Positions 27,451-38,414 of a stretch of 64,000 bases of DNA are shown here, one piece after another (position 1 is the first letter of the stretch; every line of letters begins with the position of its first letter). A program made the position numbers and the translations under genes. The notes beneath the pieces are model-generated. The model had not been told where the DNA came from and did not search any database. It saw only the letters and a list, made by a program, of their open reading frames with translations. Origin of the DNA: an uncultured Fibrobacterota bacterium (GTDB lineage: Bacteria > Fibrobacterota > Chitinivibrionia > Chitinivibrionales > FEN-1185); the NCBI GenBank assembly GCA_963753345.1, contig CAVWBU010000027.1, positions 128,001-192,000 of the forward strand, read 5' to 3'.

Positions 27451-29172
27451 TCACCAGATAAAATCCTCCTTCGCCGGCAAGGTCAACCCCTTAGCACTTT
27501 CGAATTCATATTCCTGTTTGTCGGAAAACACAACGATCTTTCTTCCGTCACCCTTTAGCCCGGAGGCCCCCTGGGGATTTTTTCCTCGCACGATATTGAG
27601 AAGACAGATTGCTTTTTCCAACCCGTCGCCGCGGCCGTAATTCCACACCTCGTCGGGCTGTGCCATGCGGTTTCCGTCATAGATGGATTCGCTGGGCAGT
27701 TTTTCAAGGGCTGCCGCAGTTTCCTTGATATCAAGCTTTGCCGCGCCCGCAATGCTCACGGGGTTCCTGTCGAGTGCGGCCTTGAGAAAAGGCTTCCATG
27801 GGCTGCGGCTGAGATCGCGGAATGCAGCGAAGGCAAGATCGGCCACGGGGTTTTCGGAGCGGACAGACTCAAGGCAATCGACGATCCGCTCCCGCGGCCA
27901 GTCGGCCCCGATCTCAATGGAGGGCGATTTCTCCCAGGTCTTGTTGTCAGAAGGCAGTCGCGGCGCGATGCGGCAGAAGTTGACAAGGTCTTTCATGACT
28001 TCTTCGGAATTGAAGCAACTGTGGTGCAGGTATTTTTTTAAGTTGTCAATTGAGGGAATGCTGTCAAGCGAAACCCGGTTGTTTTTGAAGAACTCCTCAA
28101 CTTCGCGGAGCAGGAGGCGGTCGGGGAGCGGTTCGGGATAGAATTCGTCCTCGTCTATTTCGTGAAGGAGCTGGTTGCGTGTGCCGTCGCTCACCTTGAA
28201 TTTGCTGTTATGCTCGTACGAATAAACTTTTTCCGCCTCGATATACCGTGGTTTCCCGCAGCAGTCGTGGATTATCTGAAAGCACTTTTGCAGCCGGCTG
28301 TTCTGCCTCAGGAAATTCGCCAGAATTTCAAAGGTGATGTCGGTGGTGAGGTACTCCGTCAACCGCCTTGAAAAATGCTCGTAAGACCCTTTTGAAATGG
28401 TTGCGTTGTCGTACAGGGTGTGGATGTACCCCGTATGGTTCGCCACCACGGTGACGCGCTCATGTTCCAGGGCGCGACGGGCCTTCTCGCTGAGTTCGGT
28501 GCCGTTGAACCACATGTTTTTGGTGACGATGCGGCGGTTGTTGGTGATTATTCCGTCGTTGATGTCCACGAAGTTCTGCGAGTGGAGGGGTGTCGCCATC
28601 AGGTAGATATTGACGAGCGGGACGCCGGCGGTCACGAACAGCGCGCTGGCGTACAGGGTTGAAAGCGACACGCATTCACCCGCGCCGCCGGTGTATCCCG
28701 GTTTGTGGCGAAAGGCCTCCATGGCCTCTACGGTTTCCGTTTTCCAGTACGGGATGATGTTTGACGTGTATTTGTCAAGACCGAAATGCCGGCGGATGTC
28801 TATGTCGAAGTAGTATTTGTCTCCCTCATAACCGAACAACGCATTGCTCTGCGCGAGCGCTTCCGGGCCAATAAACGACGAAAACCGCGCCAGTTCCTTT
28901 TCCTTTGTGGTAAGTCCCCAGGTGTCAAGATCAAGGTTGAAGGAAAAACGGTCGATAATATATTGTTTCGTCCGCAGAAGCCGCCGGTACTGATTGAGTG
29001 AATCCATGCCGGAAAACCACGGAAGCGTTTTCCACTTCCACAAGGCCGGCGACATGATGTTGGCGAGAACGAGCGCGAAGAGAAGCTCGGGGAAGATAAA
29101 GACTTCCATATCGGAAAGCGTTATCGCCGAGGAATACTTTTCAAGCGAGGCTGGATTGTCCGGGTCATACAT
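27451..29172 (-). CDS. Hypothetical protein with transglutaminase-like motifs
   Basis: Start moved to MYDPDN at 29172 (GAGG RBS). GAGECVSLSTLYA, TPLHSQNFVD, and C-terminal QPDEVWNYGRGDGLEKA. Confidence 0.75.
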   Translation of the reverse strand: MYDPDNPASLEKYSSAITLSDMEVFIFPELLFALVLANIMSPALWKWKTLPWFSGMDSLNQYRRLLRTKQYIIDRFSFNLDLDTWGLTTKEKELARFSSFIGPEALAQSNALFGYEGDKYYFDIDIRRHFGLDKYTSNIIPYWKTETVEAMEAFRHKPGYTGGAGECVSLSTLYASALFVTAGVPLVNIYLMATPLHSQNFVDINDGIITNNRRIVTKNMWFNGTELSEKARRALEHERVTVVANHTGYIHTLYDNATISKGSYEHFSRRLTEYLTTDITFEILANFLRQNSRLQKCFQIIHDCCGKPRYIEAEKVYSYEHNSKFKVSDGTRNQLLHEIDEDEFYPEPLPDRLLLREVEEFFKNNRVSLDSIPSIDNLKKYLHHSCFNSEEVMKDLVNFCRIAPRLPSDNKTWEKSPSIEIGADWPRERIVDCLESVRSENPVADLAFAAFRDLSRSPWKPFLKAALDRNPVSIAGAAKLDIKETAAALEKLPSESIYDGNRMAQPDEVWNYGRGDGLEKAICLLNIVRGKNPQGASGLKGDGRKIVVFSDKQEYEFESAKGLTLPAKEDFIW

Positions 29173-29422
29173 CGCGGAACCTCTGTATTGTAAACATGCC
29201 GATGATTTAGGATTTGAGATCACAAATATACGTCGGAACCTCGAGGAATAATCTGTTGGCGGCATGAGACAATTGTTTATTTTCAAAGTATAAGAATTCG
29301 AAAAATTATCCTCGGGGCGGAAGACTGAATCGTGCTCTTGGGTGTTCCGCATCAACAAAAGCCCCGTGATTAAGGGAAGATGTTCTGTTGAAACCTGTTT
29401 TTGAGACCATCGCAGGGAGAGC

Positions 29423-30577
29423 ATGAGAATTCTCGCCGATTCGAACATTCTATTTGTCCGCGAAGCGTTTGCACAGTTCGGCAATCTGACTACGATGGAC
29501 GGACGCGCCATCTCCCGGGATAAGCTGAAAGGCGAGGACGCGCTTCTCGTGCGTTCTGTTACGGGGGTGAATGCGGAACTCCTGAAAGGCACCGGGGTCA
29601 AATTCGTTGCGAGCGCCACCAGCGGCACCGACCATGTTGACATGCGCTATTGTGCCGATAACCACATCGGGTTCGCCTATGCGCCCGGCTCGAATGCAAA
29701 TTCGGTTGCCGAGTATGTCGTGGCTGCGCTCCTTAACTGTGCTGCTGCAAGAAACGTGCGGCTCAAAGACCTCACGCTCGGCATTGTTGGCGCGGGAAAC
29801 ATCGGTTCGCGGGTTTTTACGCTTGCCCGGGCGTTTGGAATGCGATGTTTGCTCAATGATCCCCCTAAGAAGGCATTGACAGGAAGCGAAATTTATCTGC
29901 CGCTTGAGACCGTGCTTGCGGAATCGGACATCGTAACCCTGCACGTGCCGCTTGCGGCCTCCGGATCAAACGCCACGCTGCGGATGGTAAACAGTGGCTT
30001 CGTCCGTTCCATGAAGAAAGGCGCGTTTCTCATAAATACCAGCCGGGGAAACGTCATCGACGAAGCCGCGCTCATAAAAAACCGGGACAGGCTCGGTTCT
30101 GTTGTGCTTGACGTATGGCAAAATGAGCCGGCGCCCGATCCGGCGACCGTCGCGCTCTGCGATATCGCCACGCCGCATATCGCCGGCTACTCCTACGACG
30201 GGAAGGTGCGCGGCACGGAAATGATCTGCGCTGCGGCGGGCTCGTTTTTTTCCATGGAGAACACGTGGCGGCTGCCGCAGACCGCCATCATACAACTCGT
30301 TCTTCCGCCGGTGCGGGACCCGGATGCGGCCGTCGCGGAAGCGGTGACACGTGCGTATCCCCTTGAGGAAGACAGCACGAGGTTTAAAAGAATTCTTTCG
30401 TCGAAACAGAATGAGCGGGGAGCATTCTTCGACGAAATGCGGCGGAGCTATCGTCAGCGTCTCGAATTTCACCATTACTCGGTATGTATAAACAATAATA
30501 TGCCGGAATCCGTGGTTCCAATGCTTACGGGCCTGGGGTTCGGCATGAAAACAGGCGGCGCGGAAGGAAAACACTAG
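29423..30577 (+). CDS. pdxB: Erythronate-4-phosphate dehydrogenase
   Basis: MRILADSNI, LLVRSVT, SATSGTDHVD, APGSNANSVAEY, NDPP, HVPL, TPHIAGYSYDGK. Confidence 0.92.
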   Translation: MRILADSNILFVREAFAQFGNLTTMDGRAISRDKLKGEDALLVRSVTGVNAELLKGTGVKFVASATSGTDHVDMRYCADNHIGFAYAPGSNANSVAEYVVAALLNCAAARNVRLKDLTLGIVGAGNIGSRVFTLARAFGMRCLLNDPPKKALTGSEIYLPLETVLAESDIVTLHVPLAASGSNATLRMVNSGFVRSMKKGAFLINTSRGNVIDEAALIKNRDRLGSVVLDVWQNEPAPDPATVALCDIATPHIAGYSYDGKVRGTEMICAAAGSFFSMENTWRLPQTAIIQLVLPPVRDPDAAVAEAVTRAYPLEEDSTRFKRILSSKQNERGAFFDEMRRSYRQRLEFHHYSVCINNNMPESVVPMLTGLGFGMKTGGAEGKH

Positions 30578-32031
30578 TGGAAAAGAAATGCGACATCGGG
30601 GTTGTCGGTCTTGCCGTCATGGGCGCCAATCTTGCGCTCAACATTGCCGATCACGGATTTTCGGTGGTGGTTTACAACCGAACACTTGAAAAGATCCGTG
30701 AATTCATTCTCGGGCCGGCCAGCGGAAAGGACATTATCGCTGCGGGATCAGTTTTAGACCTGTCGCGCCTCCTCGTCCGTCCGCGAAAGATTCTTCTTAT
30801 GGTGAAAGCCGGAAAAGCGGTAGACGAGGTCATTGATGCGCTGATTCCGCTGTTGTCGAAGGGCGATTGCATCATTGACGGCGGCAATTCGCATTTCGCG
30901 GATACGCAGCGGCGCGCGGCGCGCATGGAGTCGGCGGGCATGCTGTATGTCGGATGCGGTGTTTCGGGCGGCGAAGCTGGTGCGCGCAACGGCCCGTCCC
31001 TGATGCCCGGCGGAACCGCGGCCGCATGGCCGATGGTGCGGCCGGTTCTCCAGAAAATCTGCGCAAAAGCCCTTGACGGCACTCCGTGCTGCGACTGGAT
31101 AGGCGCAGGCGGGGCGGGACATTTTGTAAAGATGGTCCACAACGGCATCGAATACGGCGACCTGCAGCTCATCGGTGAATCATACCAGTTCCTCCGCGAC
31201 GGGCTCTGCCTCAGTGCCGCTGAGTGCTCGGAAATTTTTGCGCTGTGGAACAAAGGAGAACTAGAGAGCTATCTCATTAAGATCACGGGAGACATTCTGA
31301 AATTCAAGGGCGACGATGGATCGTACCTTGTCGATGGTATCCTTGATGTGGCGGAACATAAGGGAACCGGCGCGTGGGCCGGTGCAAGTTCGTTTGACCT
31401 GGGCGTGCCCGTTACCCTCATTGCCGAAGCCGTGCTCGCCAGGTTTTTGTCCTCGCTGAGGCACGAGCGGACCGTTGCCGCCTCAGCGCTCGATGGCCCG
31501 GGCAGAAAAATCGCAGGAGACAGGGAACAGCACATCGCGGAACTGGCGAACGCTTTATACGCATCGAAGATCGTGAGCTATGCGCAGGGGTTCATGCTGC
31601 TGCGCGCGGCTTCGGCCCGGTTCTCATGGGACCTCGATTTGGGGAACATTGCGCTTTTGTGGCGCGCTGGATGCATCATCCGCAGCGGGTTTCTCGACAG
31701 GATACACCAGGCCTTTGCACATGATAAAAACGTATCGTCGCTTATTATTGACGGGTACTTCCGCGACGTGCTTGCGAAATGTCAGGACGGATGGAGAACA
31801 ACCGTGTCTGCGGCCGCTATCGCAGGCATTCCAATGCCCGCGCTTTCCGCTGCGCTGTCCTTTTACGACGGATACCGGTGCGGCCGTCTCCCCGCGAACC
31901 TGCTTCAGGCGCAGCGGGACTGTTTCGGTGCGCACGGATACGAACGCATGGACGGACCGGCCGGACGGTTTTTCCACACCGATTGGATGGGTGGAGGAGG
32001 CACTTTCGCGTTGGGGAGCCGCAATGTATAA
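30577..32031 (+). CDS. gnd: 6-phosphogluconate dehydrogenase (decarboxylating)
   Basis: GLAVMG, VYNRT, MVKAG, IDGGN, VSGGE, GHFVKMVHNGIEY, GCIIRS, QAQRDCFGAH. Confidence 0.96.
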   Translation: MEKKCDIGVVGLAVMGANLALNIADHGFSVVVYNRTLEKIREFILGPASGKDIIAAGSVLDLSRLLVRPRKILLMVKAGKAVDEVIDALIPLLSKGDCIIDGGNSHFADTQRRAARMESAGMLYVGCGVSGGEAGARNGPSLMPGGTAAAWPMVRPVLQKICAKALDGTPCCDWIGAGGAGHFVKMVHNGIEYGDLQLIGESYQFLRDGLCLSAAECSEIFALWNKGELESYLIKITGDILKFKGDDGSYLVDGILDVAEHKGTGAWAGASSFDLGVPVTLIAEAVLARFLSSLRHERTVAASALDGPGRKIAGDREQHIAELANALYASKIVSYAQGFMLLRAASARFSWDLDLGNIALLWRAGCIIRSGFLDRIHQAFAHDKNVSSLIIDGYFRDVLAKCQDGWRTTVSAAAIAGIPMPALSAALSFYDGYRCGRLPANLLQAQRDCFGAHGYERMDGPAGRFFHTDWMGGGGTFALGSRNV

Positions 32032-32089
32032 TAAAGCCGTTGTGCAGCACGAATTCTGATCGAACATTCATTCCACAAAGGAGGAGCTC

Positions 32090-32380
32090 ATGGTCGACAT
32101 GATCAAGAAAACGCTTCTTGCAGGCGTTGGACTCGCGTTCATGACAAAAGAGAAGGCGGAAGAAGTGGCGAAGAAATTCGTGCAGGACACGAAAATCGCC
32201 GAAGGCGAGGGAAAGAAGTTCGTTGAGGAGTTGCTCAAGAAGTCAGAGGAGGCGAAGAAGAGCGTTGAGAAACTGGTGGAGACTGCGGTCCACACTGCGG
32301 TGACGAAACTGGACATTCCCACCAGGAATGAAATACGGAAACTCGAGGACAGAATACGGGAGCTGGAAGGGAAAAAGTAA
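32090..32380 (+). CDS. Phasin-like / PHA synthesis regulator family small protein
   Basis: KKTLLAGVGLAFMTKEKAEE...LDIPTRNEIRKLEDRIRELE; AAGGAGG RBS. Confidence 0.75.
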   Translation: MVDMIKKTLLAGVGLAFMTKEKAEEVAKKFVQDTKIAEGEGKKFVEELLKKSEEAKKSVEKLVETAVHTAVTKLDIPTRNEIRKLEDRIRELEGKK

Positions 32381-32702
32381 CAGGTCGACGGTCGAAAGCA
32401 AGGCAGGTTATTGGGGACGGCAAATGGTGCTGTATCTAAAGAAGACCGTTACTGCAATATTTTGATTAGTAAGGTGAAAATACAGTTTTCCTCATCTGTA
32501 TTCTCATTGATTGGGGCTAGAACCATCATATCTTGTTGTCCTCGTGGTTCGCATCCGGGCAGCCGGCAGGGCGCCTAATATTTGTTCGTCTGCCCACAAA
32601 CAAGTATCTTACATTATTATACCCACTTGATATGGCTTGCATGCAAATCACGCATTTCGCTGCTATAGGCCGGGATTATCCAATTCGCACGGAGCCGCTT
32701 GA

Positions 32703-35700
32703 ATGAAGACCATTGGAATTTGCTTCGGCGCGACCTCGGTCCAGTATGCGGTTGTAAAAGGCGACGCCGAATTCAAGGCCGTCGAACAATCCGGACGCGT
32801 CGTGCATGAGGGCAATCCCGGCCGCGTGCTGCAGGAGTTACTTGCGAGGCTTGACCTTTTCGAAGTGGACAGGATAGCGGTCACGGGACGGAGTTTCCGT
32901 TCCGCTGTGAATCTCACCGGCATTGCCGAACCGGAAGCGATTGAGGCTGCTCTTCACGAGGATTTCCGCGATAAGCCGTTGCCCAATCTTGTGGTGGCTC
33001 TCGGCGGGGAGACCCAGCTCGTGTACAAGCTGGGCGGACAGGGCGGAATTGTTTCGGTGCATTCCGGAAACAAGTGCGCATCGGGCACCGGCGAATTTTT
33101 TCTCCAGCAGGTGCGGCGGATGGGGCTGTCGCTGGAGAGCGCCATTGCACTTGCACAGAAGGGAACTCCGCACAGGATCGCGGGCCGCTGCAGCGTGTTC
33201 TGCAAAAGTGATTGCACGCACGCTCTTAACAAGGGCGAACCCATCGAGAACATCGCGGCCGGCCTGTGCTCCATGGTTTCAGACAAGATCGCCGATCTCA
33301 TCAAGGACCTTCCGTGCGACCGCGTGATGCTCGTGGGCGGCGGCTCGCTCAACACCGCGGTGGTCAGGATCCTGGCAAAGCGCTTCGCATCGCTGTATGT
33401 GCCGGAAACCGCACCGTTCTACGAGGCTTACGGCGCGGCGTTGTGGGCGTTTGCCAACGAGTGTCGGCCCGTGCCGGAAAATGCAGGGGACCTTTCGCGC
33501 GGCACGGTCATTCCGTTTTCCAGTCATCCACCGCTTTCCGCTGCAGCGCATTTCGTGGATTTCAAGCCGTCCGCGCCGGAGGCATTCGATCCTTCCGCCG
33601 AGTATGTGCTCGGTCTGGACGTGGGATCAACCACGACAAAGGCAGTGTTGATGAATCGGGCCACAACGCGCGTGGTCTCGTCCGTATACCTGCGCACGAA
33701 CGGCAATCCCGTGGAGGCTTCGAAAAAATGCTACGCTGCGATCCTGCACTCCATCGCCGGCAGTGAGGCGGTCATCACCGGGCTGGGGGTCACCGGATCG
33801 GGCAGGCAGATAGCGGGTCTGCATGCGCTTACCGCCAACGTGGTGAATGAAATTATCGCTCATGCAACCGCCGCCGCCCATTTCGACAAGGGCGTTGATA
33901 CGATTTTCGAGATTGGCGGCCAGGACGCAAAATACACGCTTCTCACCGGCGGCGTTCCTTCCGATTACGCGATGAACGAAGCGTGCAGCGCCGGCACCGG
34001 GTCGTTTCTCGAAGAATCGGCGTTCGAATCACTCAATGTAAAGATGGAAGACATAGGGCAGCTTGCGCTCGAGGGAAAATCTCCGCCGAATTTCACCGAC
34101 CAGTGCGCGGCGTTCATATCGAGCGACATCAAGATGGCCGGCCAGCAGGGGATTGACAGAAACGACATTCTGGCGGGGCTGGTGTATTCGATATGTCTCA
34201 ATTATCTCAACAGGGTGAAAGGCTCACGGCCGGTCGGCAAGAAAGTCTTCTTGCAGGGCGGCGTGTGCTACAACAGGGCGGTTCCCGTGGCAATGGCCTC
34301 CCTGCTCAAGATGCCGATCGTTGTGCCCCCGGACCCCGGCCTCATGGGGGCCCTGGGAGTCGCGCTTGAAGTGGACAGCCGCCTTCGTCTCGGGCTTGCC
34401 CAACCGCAATGTTTCAATCTTGCCGAACTTGCCGGCCGCGAGGCGGTCCGCGAGGGGAGTTTCGCGTGCGCAGGAGGCAAGGAGAAGTGCGACAGAAAAT
34501 GCGAGATTTCAAGAATACGCGTGGGCGGCATGGTGCACCCCTTCGGCGGATCGTGCAACAGGTATTACAATCTCCGGCTCAAGGCGGAGGTTGACACGCA
34601 GGGGCTCGACCTCGCGGCGGTCCGCGAAAAACTGCTGTTAGAAACCTTCGGAGTCGCACCGGCGAAGGAAACAGGGGACCGTCGCACCGTGGGACTGTGC
34701 CGCTCGTTTCTTACCCATTCGTTGTATCCGCTCTATTCGCATTTTTTTACCGACATGGGTTTCTCGGTTGTTCTTTCCGATGCCATCGACCCCGACGGCA
34801 TTTCGCGCATCGAGTCCGCGTTCTGCCTGCCCGCAGAGATAACGCACGGAAGTTTCTACAACCTCCTCCGGCAGAACCTCGATTACATTTTTGTCCCGCA
34901 TGTGACGCAAATGCCGGTGAGGAACGTTCCAACCTACAGCAGGCTGTGCGTATTTGTCCAGGGGGAATCCTATTATCTGAGAACGACCTTTCGCAGGGAA
35001 ATCGAGAATTCGCCCACCACAATGCTTTCGCCCGTTCTGCGCATGGACAAGGAGTATGAGCAGGCACGTGGGGCGCTGTGCGCCATGGCCGCCCGGATGG
35101 GCGTTGCCGGGCCGGTCGCGTCGGCCGCTTTCGAACACGCCTGCGCCATGCAGCATGCTTTCGAGGCAAAGCTGCGGCAGGTGGGGGCGGAGGCGCTCTC
35201 GCATCTTGATACGCATCCGGAAAGCTTCGGCATCGTGCTGTTCGGGAGGCCGTACAACGCATTCTCATCGGACGCGAACATGGGAATTCCCCATAAGACG
35301 GCATCGCGCGGGTACCTCATTATCCCGCACGACATGCTGCCGACCGACCACTACGAGGTGGACGGCCAGATGTTCTGGGCAATGGGCCAGAAGGTCATGA
35401 AGGCGGCGCGGTTCGTGAAGGGCCACGACCGTCTTTTCGGTTTCTACGTCACCAATTTCTCATGCGGCCCGGACTCGTTCCTGCTTACGTATTTCCGCAA
35501 CATGATGGGAGAAAAACCGTCGCTCACTCTTGAACTCGACCAGCACACCGCCGACGCCGGACTTGACACGCGCATAGAGGCCGCCCTTGACATCATAAAA
35601 AGCTGGCGCCGCGTGCGTCGGGCCTCGGTTCGCGGCGGCGGCGCGGGCTTCAAACCGACCCGCGTTGTATTCGAGGGCACAAAACCCGTGGTGCATGCGT

Positions 35701-37037
35701 CCGACGGCCGGGTGCGCTCGATGTATCACCCCGATGTCGAACTCGTTCTTCCTTCCATGGGCCGCTTCGCCACCGAAGGAGTCGCCGCGGTGCTCAGGGG
35801 CATCGGCATAAACGCCATCGGCCTGCCCATAGCCGACAAGGAAGTGCTGCTTGAAGGCAGGAAGAATACATCGTGCAAGGAGTGCCTTCCGTATATCGTC
35901 ACCACAGGCTCCTTTCTCAGGCACGTGCGGTCGCGTCCGCAGAACGGCGCCATAACGCTGTGTTTCATGGCTTCGGGAGGCGGGCCGTGCAGGCTCGGCC
36001 AGTATTGCACCGCCATGGACCAGCTGTTTCACAACCTGAAGATTCCCAACGTCGCCACGCTTCCGATGACAAATGAGAACGGTTATGCGGGCTTGGGGAA
36101 CAGGGCGCTGCTCTCGTCGTCCCAGGCGATTCTTATTGCAGACGTCTTTTGTGATATCAGGAGCTTTCTTTCGGTCGCGGCGGTCAATAAAGAAATGGCA
36201 CTTGATAAACTAGAGGAATGCTGGCACGACATTTTGGCGTATTTCGAGAAGAAAACAGGCGGCCGACTATCTTTCGTGCTTGCCTCGGTAAGCCGAAAGC
36301 TTGCAGGTATTCCGCTCGCAAGAAGCCTGCGCGAGGTTCCCGTTGTCTCCCTTCTGGGTGAGATATTCGTGCGTCACGATGAATTCTCCCGAAAGAACGT
36401 GGCGTGCTACTTCGAGGACCGCGGCATCATGGTGAGGATTGCGCCGGTCACCGAATATCTCGCGTACAGCAATTATATCATCAATCAGGGCCTGGGCGAG
36501 AAAACCATGACGCTCGCCGGTCAAATGAGGGTTCGGCTCATGACAGGGGTTCAGGAGTGGTGGGAGCGGAGGATAAAAACCATTCTTGCAAAGAGCGGGT
36601 GCTACAGGTTTGAAATGATAGGCGTGGAAAAGACCATGGCTTCGGCGTCGCATCTCATGGATGAGGACTTCCGGGGCGAGTGCATTCTGACCGTCGGCCT
36701 CAGCATGCGGGAAATACTCCACGATTCATGCGGCGTGATATCCATCGGGCCCTTCGGCTGCATGCCGTCGCGGGTTGCCGAGGCGGTTCTCAAAAAGGAG
36801 ATGAACGCGGAGGGCAAGCTGCGGATGAATATTCCTTTCCCGAATTCTTCGCTGCTCAAGGAAATCCCGGAGTTTCCCTTCCTCGCCATCGAGACCGACG
36901 GCAGCCCGTTTCCGCAGCTCGTGGAGGCGAATCTTGAAGCGTTTGTCGTGCAGGTGAAACGGGTGTACGAAAAGATGAAGGCGCAGGCCGGTGAAGTGAG
37001 GCCCGCTGCAAGACTTAGCGTTGCACGTGGACAATGA
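32703..37037 (+). CDS. CoA-substrate-specific enzyme activase (two BadF/BadG/BcrA/BcrD ATPase domains plus DUF2229-like region)
   Basis: KCASGTG, RCSVFCKSD, GLDVGSTTTK, EIGGQDAK, NEACSAGTGSF, NFSCGPD, GPCRLGQY, PFGCMP. Confidence 0.88.
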   Translation: MKTIGICFGATSVQYAVVKGDAEFKAVEQSGRVVHEGNPGRVLQELLARLDLFEVDRIAVTGRSFRSAVNLTGIAEPEAIEAALHEDFRDKPLPNLVVALGGETQLVYKLGGQGGIVSVHSGNKCASGTGEFFLQQVRRMGLSLESAIALAQKGTPHRIAGRCSVFCKSDCTHALNKGEPIENIAAGLCSMVSDKIADLIKDLPCDRVMLVGGGSLNTAVVRILAKRFASLYVPETAPFYEAYGAALWAFANECRPVPENAGDLSRGTVIPFSSHPPLSAAAHFVDFKPSAPEAFDPSAEYVLGLDVGSTTTKAVLMNRATTRVVSSVYLRTNGNPVEASKKCYAAILHSIAGSEAVITGLGVTGSGRQIAGLHALTANVVNEIIAHATAAAHFDKGVDTIFEIGGQDAKYTLLTGGVPSDYAMNEACSAGTGSFLEESAFESLNVKMEDIGQLALEGKSPPNFTDQCAAFISSDIKMAGQQGIDRNDILAGLVYSICLNYLNRVKGSRPVGKKVFLQGGVCYNRAVPVAMASLLKMPIVVPPDPGLMGALGVALEVDSRLRLGLAQPQCFNLAELAGREAVREGSFACAGGKEKCDRKCEISRIRVGGMVHPFGGSCNRYYNLRLKAEVDTQGLDLAAVREKLLLETFGVAPAKETGDRRTVGLCRSFLTHSLYPLYSHFFTDMGFSVVLSDAIDPDGISRIESAFCLPAEITHGSFYNLLRQNLDYIFVPHVTQMPVRNVPTYSRLCVFVQGESYYLRTTFRREIENSPTTMLSPVLRMDKEYEQARGALCAMAARMGVAGPVASAAFEHACAMQHAFEAKLRQVGAEALSHLDTHPESFGIVLFGRPYNAFSSDANMGIPHKTASRGYLIIPHDMLPTDHYEVDGQMFWAMGQKVMKAARFVKGHDRLFGFYVTNFSCGPDSFLLTYFRNMMGEKPSLTLELDQHTADAGLDTRIEAALDIIKSWRRVRRASVRGGGAGFKPTRVVFEGTKPVVHASDGRVRSMYHPDVELVLPSMGRFATEGVAAVLRGIGINAIGLPIADKEVLLEGRKNTSCKECLPYIVTTGSFLRHVRSRPQNGAITLCFMASGGGPCRLGQYCTAMDQLFHNLKIPNVATLPMTNENGYAGLGNRALLSSSQAILIADVFCDIRSFLSVAAVNKEMALDKLEECWHDILAYFEKKTGGRLSFVLASVSRKLAGIPLARSLREVPVVSLLGEIFVRHDEFSRKNVACYFEDRGIMVRIAPVTEYLAYSNYIINQGLGEKTMTLAGQMRVRLMTGVQEWWERRIKTILAKSGCYRFEMIGVEKTMASASHLMDEDFRGECILTVGLSMREILHDSCGVISIGPFGCMPSRVAEAVLKKEMNAEGKLRMNIPFPNSSLLKEIPEFPFLAIETDGSPFPQLVEANLEAFVVQVKRVYEKMKAQAGEVRPAARLSVARGQ

Positions 37038-38257
37038 TGAAATCCGTTGCAACCGCCATTCTTGCGGTTGCCGCCGCGGCGTCGATGTGTTTTTCCGGCT
37101 ACGGCGACAAGGTGAACGGCCTTCCCAACTGGCAGGAACGCGCCGTCTTCGTCCTCACGAATGCCTGCCGCATGGCTCCTGCCCAGTACCGGGACGTGTA
37201 TGTCGGCGCCTCGTACGCTATTCTTCTTCCGTCAAGTTATCCCGCTGTGCCTCCGGTGTACTGGAACCTCGCGCTCAACACCTCGGCCCGTTTCCACGCG
37301 ATAGAGATGGCCGACACCTGCGGTCTTACCCATAATTCCTGCAACGGGGACGCTTTTTCCACGCGGGTGCAGCTTTTCTACAATAACAAGAGTTTCACCA
37401 TCGGGGAAGACATCGCCGCAGGGTATTCCAGTCCGCTTGCCACCATGTCGCAATGGCTTCTTGACAAGCAGTCGAACGGAGCCGTTCCCGCCGACCTTTC
37501 CCTATGCGGCACCGCCCGCTGCGACGGGCACCGATGGAACATCATGAACCCGGGTTACCGGGAAATGGGCACGGGATACGCGTACGGTCCCCAAACCTAT
37601 AACTATTTCTGGTGCCAGGATCTTGGCGGCGGCAAGCCGGATTTCAACAATCCCATCGTAGGCGGCGTACACGTTTTTGTCCAGACCGGGACAACGACGT
37701 TTCTGGCGAACTACTTCGACCCATCGGGAAAACCCTCGGCTCCCTCGCTCTACGTTGACAATCAGAAAGCCGCCTTGACGCTGCTTATGGGCGCCGATTC
37801 CGCAGGAACCTATTCGGCTGCGCTTGCAACGGCAAACGTCTGCCGTTCGTACTATTTCACCTTCCTTGATGTCAAGGGTGCGCTGTGGCGATACCCGGAG
37901 ACCGGGGATCTTGTCACGTTCGGCGAAGGTTCGTGCGGCCGGGACTTTGTCCCGCCGGAGAGCCTGAGCGTAAAGCGAACCGGATCGCATTCCATGGGAC
38001 AGAAGCCAAACAAATTGTTGATTGATGCGACGGATCGCCGGCTTGTTGTTTCCCTTAGCGGTGTTCCGGAGAAACTCAACGGGGCCGAATTGTTTGACAT
38101 CCGGGGAAATAGGTGCTCGGACCAAGGCCGCGCCATGGATAACGGCACCACGATTATTTTGCCTCTGGAGCGCGGATTATCCGATGGCGTCTATCTGATC
38201 CGCATATCACAGACGAACGGGAAAACCGCGACAAGCCGTCTCACCGTAACGCGCTGA
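37034..38257 (+). CDS. Secreted CAP/SCP-domain protein with T9SS-like C-terminal tail
   Basis: Signal peptide; LTNACR, SARFHA, GEDIAAG, GHRWNIM, YREMGTG; tail FDIRGN...LSDGVYLIRI. Confidence 0.8.
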   Translation: MMKSVATAILAVAAAASMCFSGYGDKVNGLPNWQERAVFVLTNACRMAPAQYRDVYVGASYAILLPSSYPAVPPVYWNLALNTSARFHAIEMADTCGLTHNSCNGDAFSTRVQLFYNNKSFTIGEDIAAGYSSPLATMSQWLLDKQSNGAVPADLSLCGTARCDGHRWNIMNPGYREMGTGYAYGPQTYNYFWCQDLGGGKPDFNNPIVGGVHVFVQTGTTTFLANYFDPSGKPSAPSLYVDNQKAALTLLMGADSAGTYSAALATANVCRSYYFTFLDVKGALWRYPETGDLVTFGEGSCGRDFVPPESLSVKRTGSHSMGQKPNKLLIDATDRRLVVSLSGVPEKLNGAELFDIRGNRCSDQGRAMDNGTTIILPLERGLSDGVYLIRISQTNGKTATSRLTVTR

Positions 38258-38414
38258 GCTCAGTCGTCCTGCGTGTCTTCCGCCTTCCCCTCATCTCTGC
38301 ACGGTATCACGAGTTCTGCTGCGACATTTCCCATAAACAGGGATGTATTTTAAGCTCTTGTAATGGCATGAGTGTTTGAAGCGTTGTAACACATGATATG
38401 CAGGAGTTCCGCGC

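Noticed and set aside
29173-29643. N-terminal 157 aa of the 730-aa ORF
   Set aside because: Overlaps pdxB on the opposite strand and its upstream region; a better start with RBS is at 29172.
32381-32702. Possible riboswitch upstream of the activase gene
   Set aside because: Only a weak GGGCAG/CTGCCC stem; c-di-GMP, cobalamin, SAM and TPP consensus blocks were not matched.
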